Assembly: GCA_000697335.1 (NCBI GenBank)
Contig: JNEM01009691.1
Span: forward strand, 1-64,000
Length of the DNA stretch: 64,000 bases
Origin: Conidiobolus incongruus B7586
Taxonomy: Eukaryota
Direction of reading: 5' to 3'
In this document: in pieces, positions 49,018 through 64,000 of the stretch
Position numbering within the stretch: position 1 is the first letter of the stretch
Layout: each line of letters begins with the position of its first letter
Notes under the pieces: model-generated
Database searches by the model: none
Told to the model about the DNA's origin: nothing
What the model saw: only the letters and a program-made list of their open reading frames with translations
Program-made: the position numbers and the translations under genes

Positions 49018-49526
49018 TATTACTGGGACTAAATAGTATAATATTTTCACAATAAATAATAGTTTAAAAAAATATAATTAATTTTGAGAATAGGCTATAT
49101 TATTACAAATAGGATTTTTACACAGTATTTTTAAATCATTAAACTAAATAAATGTAAATCAGCCCCCTTATGATGATCTTGAACATTAATGATATCAATG
49201 TCACAATGAAATGGAGAATTAGGAATCCAGTTGTATTATTTTTTTTTTGATTTTAGAATAGTTCAGTAATAATACAAAGTAAAATAACTATTATTGTATG
49301 GAATTGTAATGTTAATAATTAAAAGATGGAAAATATCTATACATATGACAGTTGACGGCGATATTAGATACTTTATTCAAAATTTAAAGCACTTGACACT
49401 GAATACTAATCAATATTGCATTTAATAAATGAATAGATTTAAACTAAAAATAGAAAGTATGCCAAAAACTATAATAATTTAGTAAATCATTTATGTAATA
49501 AATAATAAATCTAAAAATGCATGTAT

Positions 49527-50851
49527 TTATACGTTTTGTCTATAGCGATTCAAAAATTCATCCTTGAATTTAGACTTGGAAGAAAGAATGATGAACGAAG
49601 GAACTCCGTTGACAACAAAGTATTTGGGATGTGAAAGGATCTTTCCAATCTCAAGCTTCTTTCCAACCTTGACGAGTGAAGGCTTTGTGGCGTTCTTAGG
49701 GAAAGACTCAAAATAAACTTCAACTGATGATGGGTTGTAATTAAATTCAGGGTCCCAGGGAGCAGGTTGTTCAAACATTACTTCAATGTGATCAAGGAAA
49801 GTGGTGCGATCACCGCATGATTCAATAAAATCGCTTTCCTTGAACTCTGGATAAAGGAAGAATACAGGCCAAAGTAGTTGATCATTTTCCATATCGTATT
49901 TGACAGAAGAATCAGATTCTAAATCGGGTTCATACATTTTATCATCTCTGTCTCTGAATTGGATATTGCGTTCCTAAAAATTAATAGATATGAGAAAATA
50001 AATTAAATGTTTAAAATAGTATTTACTCTGATGGCTCTTTGTAAAATTTCTTTCTTTTCTTCTTCGGCCTTCAAACGTTTTTCCATTTCTTCTTCCTTCT
50101 TTTTAAGTTTTTCCAAGAGTTGCTGGCTTTTTTCTAATTGAAGTTTAAGCGCAACATTATCAGGGTTTATCTATTAGCAATTAATTATAAATACACAAAT
50201 ATTATTATATTAATTGATGTAACCTTAAGTCCAGCTTCACAGCATTCAATAGATTCAGCAGCTTTATCTAAAGCATAGAGTGCTTTTGAAGCACGATAGA
50301 AAGCCTTGATATTTTCAGGATCAAATTCCAATGCTTTAACACAATCATTGATAACTTTTCGATAATTTTCTATCAAGAAATTGTTAGCTATTTATAAATG
50401 TAAACCAAAATATTATTTTCTACTTAGTTCTAAATTTACTGCAGCTCTATTACAATAGCAAACAGAATTGAGTTTTTTGTCAGAAGATTTTTGTTCAATA
50501 GCCTCAGTATAATAATGAATAGCGTCTTGACGCCTTGGTGGTTTATAAGCAAGCATTTCATTGCCCTGATTTTTGAAATTTTCGGCGTTTTCTAATTATA
50601 GATTTTTAGGAAATCATTATTAAAATATTACACATATTATTTGTACCTTCTGGAGTGCCATCGTATTTCAAGGCTTGAAGTGCTTCAAGAGCAGTATTAG
50701 TATAACCCTCTTTGAATTCGGTCATAAATAATGGAGTTTCTTGCATAATTTCATCTACTGATTTTTCTTCTCCTGCCCAAGATGGTCTTGGAAATTGTTC
50801 GGGTTGAATAGTTAATTTTTCCAAATCTTCAATTTCTTTTATTTCAACCAT
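49527..50851 (-). CDS. CNS1: Hsp70/Hsp90 co-chaperone Cns1/TTC4 (TPR), multi-exon
   Basis: TPLFMT, LEALQALKYDGTPE, AENFKNQGNE, TPR motifs (NYRKVINDC, KAFYRASKAL), C-terminal wheel domain LLWPVFFLYPEFKESDFI. Confidence 0.92.
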
Positions 50852-50951
50852 TTTAAATAATTATATTGGGTAATACTATTGCTATACTGATTAATTAATT
50901 CTAGTTGAATTTTGAATATCTAATTTAATTTTAATAAACTTAATTATAAAC

Positions 50952-50960
50952 TTATGGGAT
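50952..50960 (-). promoter_or_regulatory. ATCCCATAA element in the CNS1/RIO2 divergent promoter
   Basis: Exact 9-mer 101 bp upstream of the CNS1 ATG, within the 185-bp divergent spacer. Confidence 0.6.
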
Positions 50961-51036
50961 AGCAAATATTAATCTTTATTTTATTGATTATAGTTTTTGA
51001 TTTATTAATATCTTTATCAATTTATAAATATTTATA

Positions 51037-52346
<1,310 letters not shown>

Positions 52347-52630
52347 TATATAATAGAATATTAAAGTTCGCCATAGAAATAGTCTGATCTTGAGCTCAAT
52401 ACATTTAATTCATTGTAATAAATATTGATCAACGAATCTTTTCAACTTAACATGATTATTTAATTCAGTGAATACAGCCTCTCAAGTCGAATAAACATTG
52501 GAAATCATTTAATAATATCCAATTAATTGAGTTGAATATAAATTATACAAATTTTATTGAATTTCTATCAGATCATTTTGCTATATTGAGTTTCTATTAT
52601 AGTCCAACCATATTCATAATTGAATGGTTC

Positions 52631-55313
52631 TTATTTGAATAGATTCGAGAAAAATCCACCCCTTGAAGTGGTAGCCGTCTTGTATGGATTCTGGGGACGG
52701 GGAGCTTGAGGTGCTTGTTCTGATGCAGCTCTCTGGGTGGCGATAGTGTTATAGTGAGCTGGATTTGGTAAAGGTTTACGCGATTCACGAGATGAAGAAG
52801 AGAGTGGTCGCTCGGTTTGGGCTTTGTTCAATCCCAGATTCGGAGGAAGATTAGGCATTGAGTTACGATGAAGATTGTTGTCTTTAACATGGCCGGGTAT
52901 GTGCAATGAAGGAGGATCTAGAATTCCGCCGTTGCTTCTTCTCAACTTGTCACTCGGTGATTTAAGCGGAGATGGAATGCGACCACCGATAGGTCGAGGA
53001 GATACAGACAAAGAATTACTAGCTGCTGTGGGGTTTGGATTAGCTGATGCTTGGTATCGCATCAATCTCAATGCTTCAACAAAATCATCAGGAGGAATAA
53101 TGTCAGTAGAACCAATTAAAATCTCACGGTTTTTAGCTTTACCAACTTCGTATGCAGTTCTTATCTCAGAGTAAGAAACGCCTCCTGCGATAAAAACAAT
53201 GATTTTACCGCCGTTGGATAAACGAGAGACTGAGTTGGCTGGATCATCAGATTTCTTTTCCCATGCGGGTTTATTCTTGCGTAAGGAAGTGACTGGTTTC
53301 TTTGTAGTTGGTGATACTGGATTAGGTGATTCAGATGCACCAACTTGGGGGAACGCATCTAGATCTAATTCGTTATCGATAAGCTTATTGAGTATCTTCT
53401 TCAGAGCGGGTTGGTATCTCGAGAGTTCGTAAGCAACATTTTCTTCTTGGAGATCCTTTTTCTTTCCTCTAAAACTCAAAGATGACATAAGTTTTGATAA
53501 ATTATCTGGACTGTTAGGCTGAGTAGGGCGGTTATTTAGAAGAAACTCCATATTTGTGATGGCATCTTTGTCAGACTGAGTTAAACCTGCGTGAGATTCA
53601 AGGCGACGACGATCTACATTTGCAAACCCTTTCATATGAATTTGATAAATTAATAGCAATCTTAATTTGTCAGATAGTAAAACTTTAGGGTTATTCAAAA
53701 TGGGAACGATTTCATTTAGTGCATTTTTCAAAGGCTCACCATCTGGAAAAGTACCAGTAGAAATGTTTTGTTCGCACAAAGCTACTTCACTTAATTGACG
53801 AGTTTTAAATCTTTCCATAACAGTTTCTGCCAACCCGAAATGTAAAGAATAAAGATCCTGATACTGTTGTAATTCAGGAACGGAAGTAACAATATCCCTC
53901 ATATCTCTTAATTTGGCAATCTCACCATTTTGACGTCTTTTCATCATGCTTTTAGCAGCTGGATTTTCAGCAATCATAGCATGGAATTTGGAAGTTAATT
54001 TTTGATTACATTCAGCAATGTGGAAATGTCTTAATTCTTTCCATAATTCATCTTTCTCATCTAAAGTATAAAACTTTTCTAATGTTTTTCCACTAGCAGC
54101 TTGATATTCATGTCTAAATTAGTTTATAATTATACTTAGTAAAATGTTAATTTGAAGAATAACAATATTTTAGTAAATATAAATACCTGTAAGTTTTACC
54201 TTCGTTTAGATGAATCAAATCATTTATCATTGCTTGATAAGTAAATTCATGTAAAATGGGTGCATAAAAATCACAAGTACGATCTAAAATTAATAATGTG
54301 GCTCTCTCAGCAGGATCTTTCATTGGGATGTTATTAATTTGACAGAATCGATCTAATTCATTTTGAAAAGCATATGCTAAAATACAAGGATTATCCAACC
54401 CTGAGCTCATAGCTTGAAATCTTACTAAAGGACGTTCATTAAGGGAAGAACAAACTGTCACTAGCTATATAATCACAAATATTTAGTTCGAATTATAACA
54501 TCTATATAAATTAACAAAATGGCACCTTTTGAGCTAGTTTAATTAATTCTGCTTTACTAGATTTAGTAGACATTGAGAATAATTTAAAAAAACTGTCATG
54601 ATCCCTGAAATTGAATACATTAGATTCAAAAGCTATTAACAAAGTTAATTTAAAAAAATAAATAATTATATTATTCAATATTACGATAATAGTTAATATA
54701 AATTTCAGTCAGTCCTTGAAGATAAGGATAGATCGGACTGGTTTTAATCCTTGTAAGTTCATCATCAGAGACAGCTAGAAGTAAGAAGTTAAATATTTAA
54801 TTAATATGTTGTTTGAAAGAAATATACCTTCAAGAAAAAAGATATAAGCTTTCTTATAACAATTTTTACTGTTGGTGATGTAGGGAGTATTCGCAGGCGG
54901 ACCACTTTTACGAAATCCTTTTGTTTTGGATACAGGAGGAGGTGCAGCTGCTTGAAAATCTTGGATGATTCGATTGATATTATCTGGTGTAGGAAATGCA
55001 TAGTATATCACTCCAAATTGAGAAGTTGGGGTACGATCCTCATTAAGTCTATCGATAGTAGTCACATTATGCTTGATGATTTGGTCTTCTTCAGAGCAAG
55101 AATTAAAAATAGATCTTGCTTCGTCATCCATAACTACAACCCACCATTCTGAGCTGGTTGCAGGGTCTTGAGATAGCTTTTCTAGTGGTGAAAGAAATTC
55201 TATTGGAAGAATTAATTGTTAATCATTTATATTTATATATTTATATATATGTGCATTGATTGAATGAATAAATACATACTATCTTTTACTAATTCAATGA
55301 ATGAAGTTTGCAT
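52631..55313 (-). CDS. SEC1: Sec1/Munc18 family exocytic SM protein, multi-exon
   Basis: WWVVVMD, LLILDRTCDFYAPILHEFTYQAMINDL, YSLHFGLAE, YELSRYQP, IIVFIAGGVSYSEIRTAYEV, ILIGST. Start MQTSFIELVK at 55313. Confidence 0.9.
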
Positions 55314-56503
55314 TTAATTTATTGGAATTGATTATATTATTATAAAAAGGAATATGAATAGCCAGAATAAAACTCAAGAGAAATATAAAACATCATTAAA
55401 TTTATTTTGATTTAATTTTTAGCTAAGGATTTCAAATTTAACAAGTCTATAATTGTTTTTGAATTAGATAAATATCCTTCATAAATTAATTAATTGAAAT
55501 TAATTTAAAATCCAACTTAGATGATATTTATCTTTATTAATTATAATATCACTTTTTTTGATATTAACATTCAATCTTAATGATCATAACATTATATGAA
55601 TTATTATAAGTTAGGATTTGATTTGAATAAAATGAATTTGAGTGAAATTCCAGATTTAAAATTACTTCTAATTGTTTCAAATATAAATGAAATAAACCAT
55701 CTAACGCAGCTGAAATGACATAATTACAAGATAGTAATCAAATGGCTAAGAAACATTAGAAATTCAAGAATTTAGAATTTCACCTATATGATGTCATATT
55801 ATATTTAAATCAAGCTATTCAATATATTAATATATTACTTTTGTGATATTGTATTGATTTTATTCTTGAAATTTCATTTACTTTCTTGTATTGATATTTG
55901 AATATTAAATAATAATAATAATAATAATAATTTATTATATTTTTTTGATTAGTATTTATAATATAATTAATTATTAAATTAATATATAAGGAAACTTTAT
56001 ATTTATATTGATAATTATAAATTTTACAATATACCAAATCCTTATAAAATTTTATCTCAAAATAGAATATTCGTAAAATCAATCAAATTAATGATAATTT
56101 GAATAAATTACTCATTCATAAGGATTATTTTTATTTAACTTTGCTAATATATTACAGTCAGCTATTTATATATTTTAATAATTTAACATATAGTAATATC
56201 ATATTTAATGGCCATTACTCAAATTTATATATTATTAGACAATCAATTAACACTAATATGTATTTATTTAATTCATATTCAATTTACAAGTTATCAAATG
56301 ATATAAATTTGAATGAATTTGGGTTTGTTAATGCCTTCACTTAAATAATTTTGGTTTTATCCAAATATTTGAACGCAAATCAAATAATAATCTATTTTTT
56401 CAATTATAATGACATGAATCTTTCAAGAGATATAATATAAAATCCTATTATGTATCTAAATGGAAAGCTTATTCGGAACAATAGATATTTTGAAAAAAAG
56501 TAA

Positions 56504-56512
56504 ATCCCATAA
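56504..56512 (+). promoter_or_regulatory. ATCCCATAA upstream element (DNM1)
   Basis: Exact 9-mer 110 bp upstream of ATG 56622. Confidence 0.6.
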
Positions 56513-56621
56513 AAATTATTCAACTGACATTTTTAAATATGAAATTGAATGAGATCATAGATAATCAGTAATTATCTAGTTTATCAAATTATCAAGTATT
56601 TAATTTAATAGATTCGTCAAG

Positions 56622-58938
56622 ATGATGGACGATTTGATCCCTTTAGTAAATAAGCTACAAGATGTGTTTAATACTGTGGGTAATGATACTTTAGATTTAC
56701 CTCAAATTGTCGTAGTTGGGTAATGCTTGAGATCAATCCACTTGTATAATTATTAATTTATTCTTAGCTCTCAATCCTCTGGCAAGTCTTCTGTATTGGA
56801 AAACTTAGTAGGGAGGGACTTTTTACCAAGAGGCAATGGTATTGTCACTAGAAGACCCCTGGTATTGCAATTGGTCAATTTACGTGAAGATGCGGACCTT
56901 GATCTAACTGAAAGGGCACAATTTCTTCATAACCCTACTAAATTTTATACTGATTTTTCTGAAGTAAGACAAGAAATCGAGCAAGAAACAAATCGACTTG
57001 CCGGTGAAAATAAAGGCATTTCTAGAAATCCTATTCATTTGAAAATCTTTTCGACTCAAGTTCTCAACTTAACTGTAGTTGATTTACCTGGTCTCACTAA
57101 AGTAAGGTGTTTTTAATTAAATTAAATATAAAAATATTAACAGCAGTTAATTTAGATCCCAATTGGTAACACCAATACAAATATTATTCGTATATTTAAT
57201 ATTGATTAATTTTAGGCGATCAACCTTCCGATATTGAGAAACAAACTAGGAGTTTGATTTTGGACTATATCAGCAAGCCCAACAGTATTATACTAGCTGT
57301 TAGCCCCGCCAATGTAGATTTAGTTAATTCTGAAAGTTTGAAATTAGCCAAAGAGGTTGATCCAGAAGGTGAGATGCACTGAAATTTATCAGCATTAAAC
57401 TCTAAACAATTATTCTAGGCAAAAGAACTATTGGTGTCATTACCAAAATAGATTTAATGGATGCTGGAACAAACGCACTTGATATCTTAACTGGAAGAGT
57501 GCTCAATTTGAAGTTGGGCTTCATCGGAGTGATTAATCGTAGTCAGCAAGACACCATTGCCAAAAAACCTATTAAAGAATCCTTGGCTGCCGAACTTGAA
57601 TTCTTCAAATCCCACCCCGCATACAGAAACATTTCTCAGCGTTGCGGCACAGCCCACCTCAGTAAAACTCTCAACCAAGTATTAGTTAATCACATTCGCG
57701 AAAGGTTACCCGATATGAAATCCAAACTAAATACATTGATTGGCCAAACTCAGCAAGAATTACAATATTATGGCGATCCCTCCATTGAAAGTCAAGAGAA
57801 CCAGGGCTTATTAGTACTCAGACTCTTGACTGACTTTGCCAGAAATTTCAACGCTTCGATCGAGGGTAGCTCTCCTCAACACGGAATCCAATTATGCGGT
57901 GGTGCTAAGATTTATGATATCTTCAATAGCATCTTCGGATCCGCTTTGAAATCAATAAGCCCTAACAAGAACTTGACTTATCAAGATATCCGCACTGCTA
58001 TTAGAAACTCCACTGGACCTCGTCCCTCTCTTTTTGTTCCCGAAATGGCTTTCGAACTTTTAATCAAACCTCAAGTCAAGCTTCTAGAACAACCCAGTAT
58101 CCGATGTGTTGAACTTGTTTACGAAGAGTTAATGAAGATTGGTCACACCTGCTCCAACAAGGAATTACTCAAGTATCCCAAGCTCAATGCTAAAATCAAT
58201 GAAGTTGTCTCAAACTTGTTGAGAGAAAGATTAACTCCTACCATCAACTATGTCGAAAGCTTAATTGATATCCAGTTAGCCTACGTCAACACTATTCATC
58301 CCGATTTTATTGGTGCTAAAGGTGCCTTACAAAGCTTGCAAACCCAGCCCTCTCAGCCCAAAGTACAAGATTCGTCAGCTAAATCCATTGTGATTCCTAA
58401 AGAAAATGTCTCTATGACTGAAACTAACCAGCAAGAAGAGGACGATGAGCAGCTTTTGGATAATTTCTTTGGAAATCCAACCGATGCTAGCCATAATCAA
58501 GTCGAGCAAGTAAGTAATTTGCAATACACTTCATTATATCATAATTAACTTTATTTTTAGCTTGCCAATCATATTGATCAACATATGAGACTTAATGAGC
58601 ATGATGAAAGAGAAATCCAGTTAATCAGTAAGTGCAATGACCTAATAACTTATTGACTTTATTCAAATTAACTGTATTTTTTAGGATCACTAATTGACTC
58701 CTATTTCAAGATCACATCAAAATCTATTCAAGATCTAGTGCCCAAGGCTATCATGCATCTCTTGGTTAACTTTACCAAAGACAATTTACAAAACAAGTTA
58801 GTCGCCAGCTTATATAAACCCGATTCATTAAATGAGCTCCTTATGGAAGATGAGACGCTTGCTGATGAAAGGAACAAGTGTAAAGAACTCTTAGATTTGT
58901 ATAAGAAAGCTTATGAAATTATCAATCAAGCCACTTAA
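56622..58938 (+). CDS. DNM1: Dynamin-related mitochondrial fission GTPase Dnm1/Drp1, multi-exon
   Basis: [64 protein letters not shown] is Dnm1-type rather than Vps1-type. [14 protein letters not shown]. Confidence 0.92.
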
Positions 58939-59251
58939 TCAGTCTTCTGCATTTATTAAATTGATTAATAACATAAAGTCATAAAATTAATTAGTCTATA
59001 TTTATTATAAACAATTTTCATTTTCAATTACAATAAACTATTAAAATCTACAAATATCATGATATTTCTAACAAATTATTCCTATTATATTAAATATAAT
59101 TCTGTAAAAAATATTATATATTTTTAAAAAATGCAACTAATGGTATGAAAATAACTGCTATAACATATTAATTATTGAACTTTTAATAAAAATCTTTCAC
59201 TATTAAAAAAATTTAAGTTAAATAAAAATTTATATTTATATATAGATTAAT

Positions 59252-59671
59252 CTATTGCTGAGTTGTTTGTTTGGTGGTAGCGCCGGTAGTAGCTTCAGTT
59301 GTCTTCTTCTGAGCTAACTTTTCTTGGAGTAATAATTTCATTTTAGATCCCCATTCGGAAGCCAATTTGGAATCAGAAGTATGTAATAAATAATTATCTA
59401 AACCACCTTTCTTATCAATCGATCTCAAGGCAGAGGTAGATACGGTTAATAAAAAGGATTTGTCGAATAATTCGGAATAGAGATATTTTTGATGTACGTT
59501 AGGGAACCACTTTCTCTTTGTTTTGTGTAAGGATTTGGGTTTGTTATTTCCTGATAATACTTGCTTGCCATCTAATAAATAACCATCTACTCCACGGAAG
59601 ATCTTATAATACAATCTTCTGTTTTCTCTATTGCTTTTAATGATAGTTCCAAATAATTTAACTGATGACAT
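59252..59671 (-). CDS. MRPL24: Mitochondrial ribosomal protein bL28m (MRPL24 family)
   Basis: GNNKPKSLHKTKRKWFPNVHQKYLYSE...VSTSALRSIDKKGGLDNYLL. Confidence 0.88.
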   Translation of the reverse strand: MSSVKLFGTIIKSNRENRRLYYKIFRGVDGYLLDGKQVLSGNNKPKSLHKTKRKWFPNVHQKYLYSELFDKSFLLTVSTSALRSIDKKGGLDNYLLHTSDSKLASEWGSKMKLLLQEKLAQKKTTEATTGATTKQTTQQ

Positions 59672-61907
59672 ATTTTTTAATTATTTTTATATTTTAAATA
59701 TATTTATCAATATATATCAATTATTATTTTTTTTTAAATTCAATGATAATTATATTCACTTCATTTATTTAAATATATAAATTCTTTAAAATACTATAAT
59801 TGTGGGATAAATGAAATTATTATTCTCTCTTTTTAATTAATAGTCCTCAAATTTTTAAAAATATTAAATTCAATACATTTTATATCATATATAATATTAT
59901 GATTTATTATGCATTATATTATAAATATATTTGTTTGAAGTCATTTAAACATTCAAAATTACGCTTAAATCCAATAAAGCTTTTAATATCAAAACATATT
60001 ACTTCATTCAACCTGTAATAGTTTATCATTTTAAATATTAATAAATAATTAACAAATTTTGTATGTTCAAGAGAATCTCACTATATTAATGTCAAATCAT
60101 TTTTAATTCAAATATTGAAATCAAATTTTTATGTAATATTTCTATTATGTAAAATTTGTTCAATTTAAACGTTTTATTATACTATATATTTAGTAATACT
60201 TGAACAACTTTTTAAGTTTTAAAAACCAAGGTATATATTGAATAAAATTGAACATAATCGATTTTTACTTTAAAATAATATCAATAATTGATCTTGAATA
60301 TGATTCCTTTTCTCTTTTGATCAATAATTATCATTAAAATTCTAAACTGATGATTTCAATGTTTTAGGGACTGATTACAGTTTTCACTTTTATAGATATT
60401 GATATATTGTTTGAATTAAATAATTAATATTACTTATATTCTGATGATATCGTCGAATAATGCTTTGTATATGAATATATCAAAAACCACTATCCTTTCG
60501 AACATTCAACCAGATTAATATTTGTTACAAATTTATAAACTTATCAATGGAATATAAATCAGCATAGTACAAAATAATAATATATCTTCAATTTTTATAT
60601 ATATTTTTGCAATTGACTATTTTTCATATTTGAATAATTAACTTATTTTGAATAGATTAATTTAATTAAATTAATAATTTATTAATTTCAATTCACTATG
60701 AATATATGATCAAGCTTAATAGACTTATCAATTATTAGATGATTTTGAAATAATATTTTATTTGCTTAAAAAGAACGATATAAATATACCAACTACACAT
60801 TTTATATAGTATATAATGACATTTACCAATTTTGTGAGCTATTCATTGCATGCAGTTTAATTGCAGTTTCAGCCTAAAATCGTGATAATATTCAAGTTTA
60901 CATAATGAAATTCTCAATTGCCATTATATTATAGCTATATTCTACTAATTTACTTTTTTATATTCATATTCAACAATTTGTAAGGTTTAGTTAATTATAT
61001 ATTTTTCTAAATAATAACCATATCTGAACAACATAAAATATTCTGAATATTGATTTCAGATCTCATTAAAATGGAGTGTTCTTATCATATGATATTATCA
61101 TTCAGTTGTAATTAATTTATTTTGAGGTACTTATTAAAAAGTTGAGGAAATTGATGATATATGATAAATTATAGTATTTATTAAAAAAGAATGAGAATTA
61201 CTTCATAATAAAATATATAATTGAAAGAGTGATAGTAATAAATATTGATTATTGTATTATATAACGGATACTGGATGGAACTAATTTTGAAATATCAAAA
61301 ATCATTACTATCATTAGATTATCATCAACCATGTAATAATATATGGTTAATCATAATATAATATTAAAGAATAAACATTTAACTTTTAGTAGAATAAAAT
61401 TATAAAAAACAATATTTATCTAAGCATTCCACCCTTACGTATTCCTTATACATTTTACTATTAACCAATTAAATATAATAAAGAAATTTCAATTTCAATT
61501 TAAATAATTTTTGGTTCCCCCTTCATAGTTCAATTCTTATTCAATCTTCTTTATATTAATATGATTGGTTCTAAATTATAGTAAACGATTGGATGATAAT
61601 CATTGGATATCAACAATTCGTATGATTTGCTTTAATCAAATCATCAACCAATCAAAATCTATTTTAATTTTTATATTTGTTTCGTCATTATTATTTGAGA
61701 TAATATTAATAAATTTATAGTAAAATTTACTTATGAAAATACTAAAAAAATATTGAAATGTAATATTAAAAATTTTTCAAGTTGAAATTGAAATTCTCTA
61801 GTATAAATAGTGCTGATTTCAATATACTTTATTAATAACTTAGGTATCTAAGATATTTCCATTTTCTTATTATCATTTAATATTTCATTTGCCTTCATTT
61901 TATCATA

Positions 61908-62163
61908 ATGCCTAAAGTCGCTGCTGACAAGAAGTCAACTGCTAAAGGAGGTAATTATTCCTATTACATATTTATTTTACTTATTAACTCATTGTTTTCC
62001 TTTCTCTATAGCTAAGAAGCTCAGCCCATACAATCAATATATGAAAGCTGAACTTCCCAAGTACAAGGAAAAGAATCCTAACGCTTCTCATAGAGAAGCT
62101 TTCAAAGCCGTTGCTGCTACTTGGAAGACCTCCAAAGAAAACCCTGTCAACCAAAAGGCTTAG
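61908..62163 (+). CDS. 64-aa YABBY/HMG-box-like basic protein, 2 exons (61908-61950, 62012-62163)
   Basis: Spliced MPKVAADKKSTAKGAKKLSPYNQYMKAELPKYKEKNPNASHREAFKAVAATWKTSKENPVNQKA*, matching the YABBY pattern SxYNxFMKxE...NP...HREAF...A..W. TATAAATA at 61802. Confidence 0.85.
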
Positions 62164-64000
62164 ATGTCCTTACCTTTATTTTCATACTGATAATAACTCA
62201 CTTGACTGATTTTATTGTGCTTTGCTACTCCTTGGTTCTCTACTATTATAGCTTTGGTTGTACTCTTAGGTTCTTGTATATATGAGCCCCTTATAGTAAT
62301 ATAATTGATAATAAAGCTGTTTCTGTATTATTAACTTTCATAATATACATGGTTTTGCTTTCATTCTATACTTGATCTATTATTTTCATATATTATACTT
62401 ATATCAATTTATTATTGCTAACATTTATCAAATGGAAATAAACTTTACTACAATTAGAATGCAACTATTGAATCTCAATTATTTCATTCTAATTTCGCTA
62501 TAATCAATTGCACAACATTTCTTAATTATATTCCAATTTTTGAATATCCAAATATTCTATAAATATTCTACTAATTAATTTACACATATTAATCTTTATC
62601 ATAGCTTAAATTTCTCTTCTCAAACTCCAAATTAATTCTGAATTTGATTCAATTGATACAAAAATCAATGATAACATGCTAATATACTTTAAAATAGATA
62701 CTATTTTGAATTTATAGATTAGATAATTCCTTATCTATTATTTCATTGTTTTCAAAGCAATTGTTGAATGATGTACTTGAACTATTATACCAATTGATTA
62801 TTAGGATGATAATTAGCAGTTTTTTGATTATACATATAAAAAGTATTTTAGATATGATAATTTATCATGTTTAACAACCAATTGATCACTTTAGTGTACC
62901 AAAGAGTATTTAATAGTTATAATCTTACCATAGTACCTAGAGATATGTGCCATATAGACTCTGAGTTATTTTAATCAATCTTAATTTCTCGTGTTCTGAT
63001 TGTTCAGCTTTAGGTCATATATAATGAATGGTGGCTTTACATATTGTTAATACCACTTTATCCTTGTAAAAATTTTATAGTATTTGCAAATCTTTATCAT
63101 AATGTGTTAAATATGTATATTTATTCTCATTAATCAACCTATTAAATTGAATATTTTTTTTCAAAATTATAAGACTTATTGAAAAATTGATTGGTTCTTA
63201 AGTGAGAGAATATTAACATTTAAATATATTAAAAATAGCAAAACCTTAGATATCAAAATTTATCAACGAAAAATATTTGAGATATTTTTTCTCATTATCA
63301 TTGGTTTCAAATCAAATTTTCAAAAATAAGTTGTTTTTTGTTCATTAGTTTTATTAAAATATAAAAATTAAAACCTTGTTGATATTTGTATTTTTTAAAT
63401 TGGTTGCTCTACAAAACAGATTAAATATTGATCTTGAAATATAAGTCAAGAAAAGCAAAGATTCCACCTTATCAATGATAATAGGATATATAAAAGATAT
63501 ATTAAATATCATAACAAAATTGCTTTTAACTAATTTTTTCCCTATTTTGTAAATGCTATAATAATATATATAATAATATTTTCTTAAATATATGATATAC
63601 ATTCAAATAATATATGAAACTTTATTTTGATCCGTAATTATATAATTTTAATTTTATAAAAATTCATAATATTATAAATTTTATTATTATTAAATTTTAA
63701 TACTTTAATATTATAAGTTAATTTATTTAACTAATTGATATAATTATTAAATCTAATATTCATTAATAGAATTCTATTTTCTTGTTATAATAAATCGAAA
63801 TATATCCAAATTTTATAGTTAATATAATATATATTTTATATAACTAATTTTATATCTTTATACTCAAAAAAATCCTATTATTTTAGTATTTTTTTTAAAA
63901 TATAAAGCTCTAGTAAATAGTGATAATATTTGATATAATTGAATAACTATACAATTAAGGATATATTATTAATAACAAAATAAAATCATAGGCAAACAAA

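Noticed and set aside
55819..56344. I/N/Y-rich ORFs between SEC1 and DNM1 (likewise 17163-17357, 35663-35848, 36374-36571, 43149-43373, 63354-63602)
   Set aside because: Composition is what random AT-rich DNA translates to, with no coding signal.
60905..60990. MKFSIAIIL* signal-peptide-like start suggesting a dead secreted gene
   Set aside because: Too short, with no recoverable downstream frame.

Overview
Eukaryotic, very AT-rich fungal DNA with compact genes broken by short (about 45-65 nt) GT-AG introns. The velvet domain, the composition and the retention of genes lost in budding yeast suggest an early-diverging fungus, plausibly Entomophthorales such as Conidiobolus; this is inference only. 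About 25 genes can be read: EAF-like, a velvet pseudogene, HAUS8-like, a CNMT/CFA-type methyltransferase, NHP2, DUF1115, PDAP1, SNF5, a short VTI1, LAMTOR1/Meh1, IFRD, TRM82, a RUN-FYVE protein, CNS1, RIO2, SEC1, DNM1, MRPL24, a YABBY/HMG-like mini-protein, two catalytic-domain-less transposase-derived HTH genes, and a block of secreted proteins ending in a subtilisin. Several of these are invisible to the ORF track because of introns. Two signals stand out. (1) The apparently featureless AT desert at 20228-21511 is a full-length 1284-bp mariner (DD34D-type) transposon with 25-bp TIRs and TA target duplications. Its transposase motifs can be restored almost solely by reversing C>T/G>A transitions, mostly CpA>TpA, which is a RIP-like hypermutation signature; a second diverged copy lies at the window start. 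(2) A 9-mer ATCCCATAA lies in sense orientation about 85-200 bp upstream of most housekeeping genes and was not seen upstream of the secreted-protein genes, suggesting a lineage-specific promoter element. All alignments and translations were done by eye, with no database searches.
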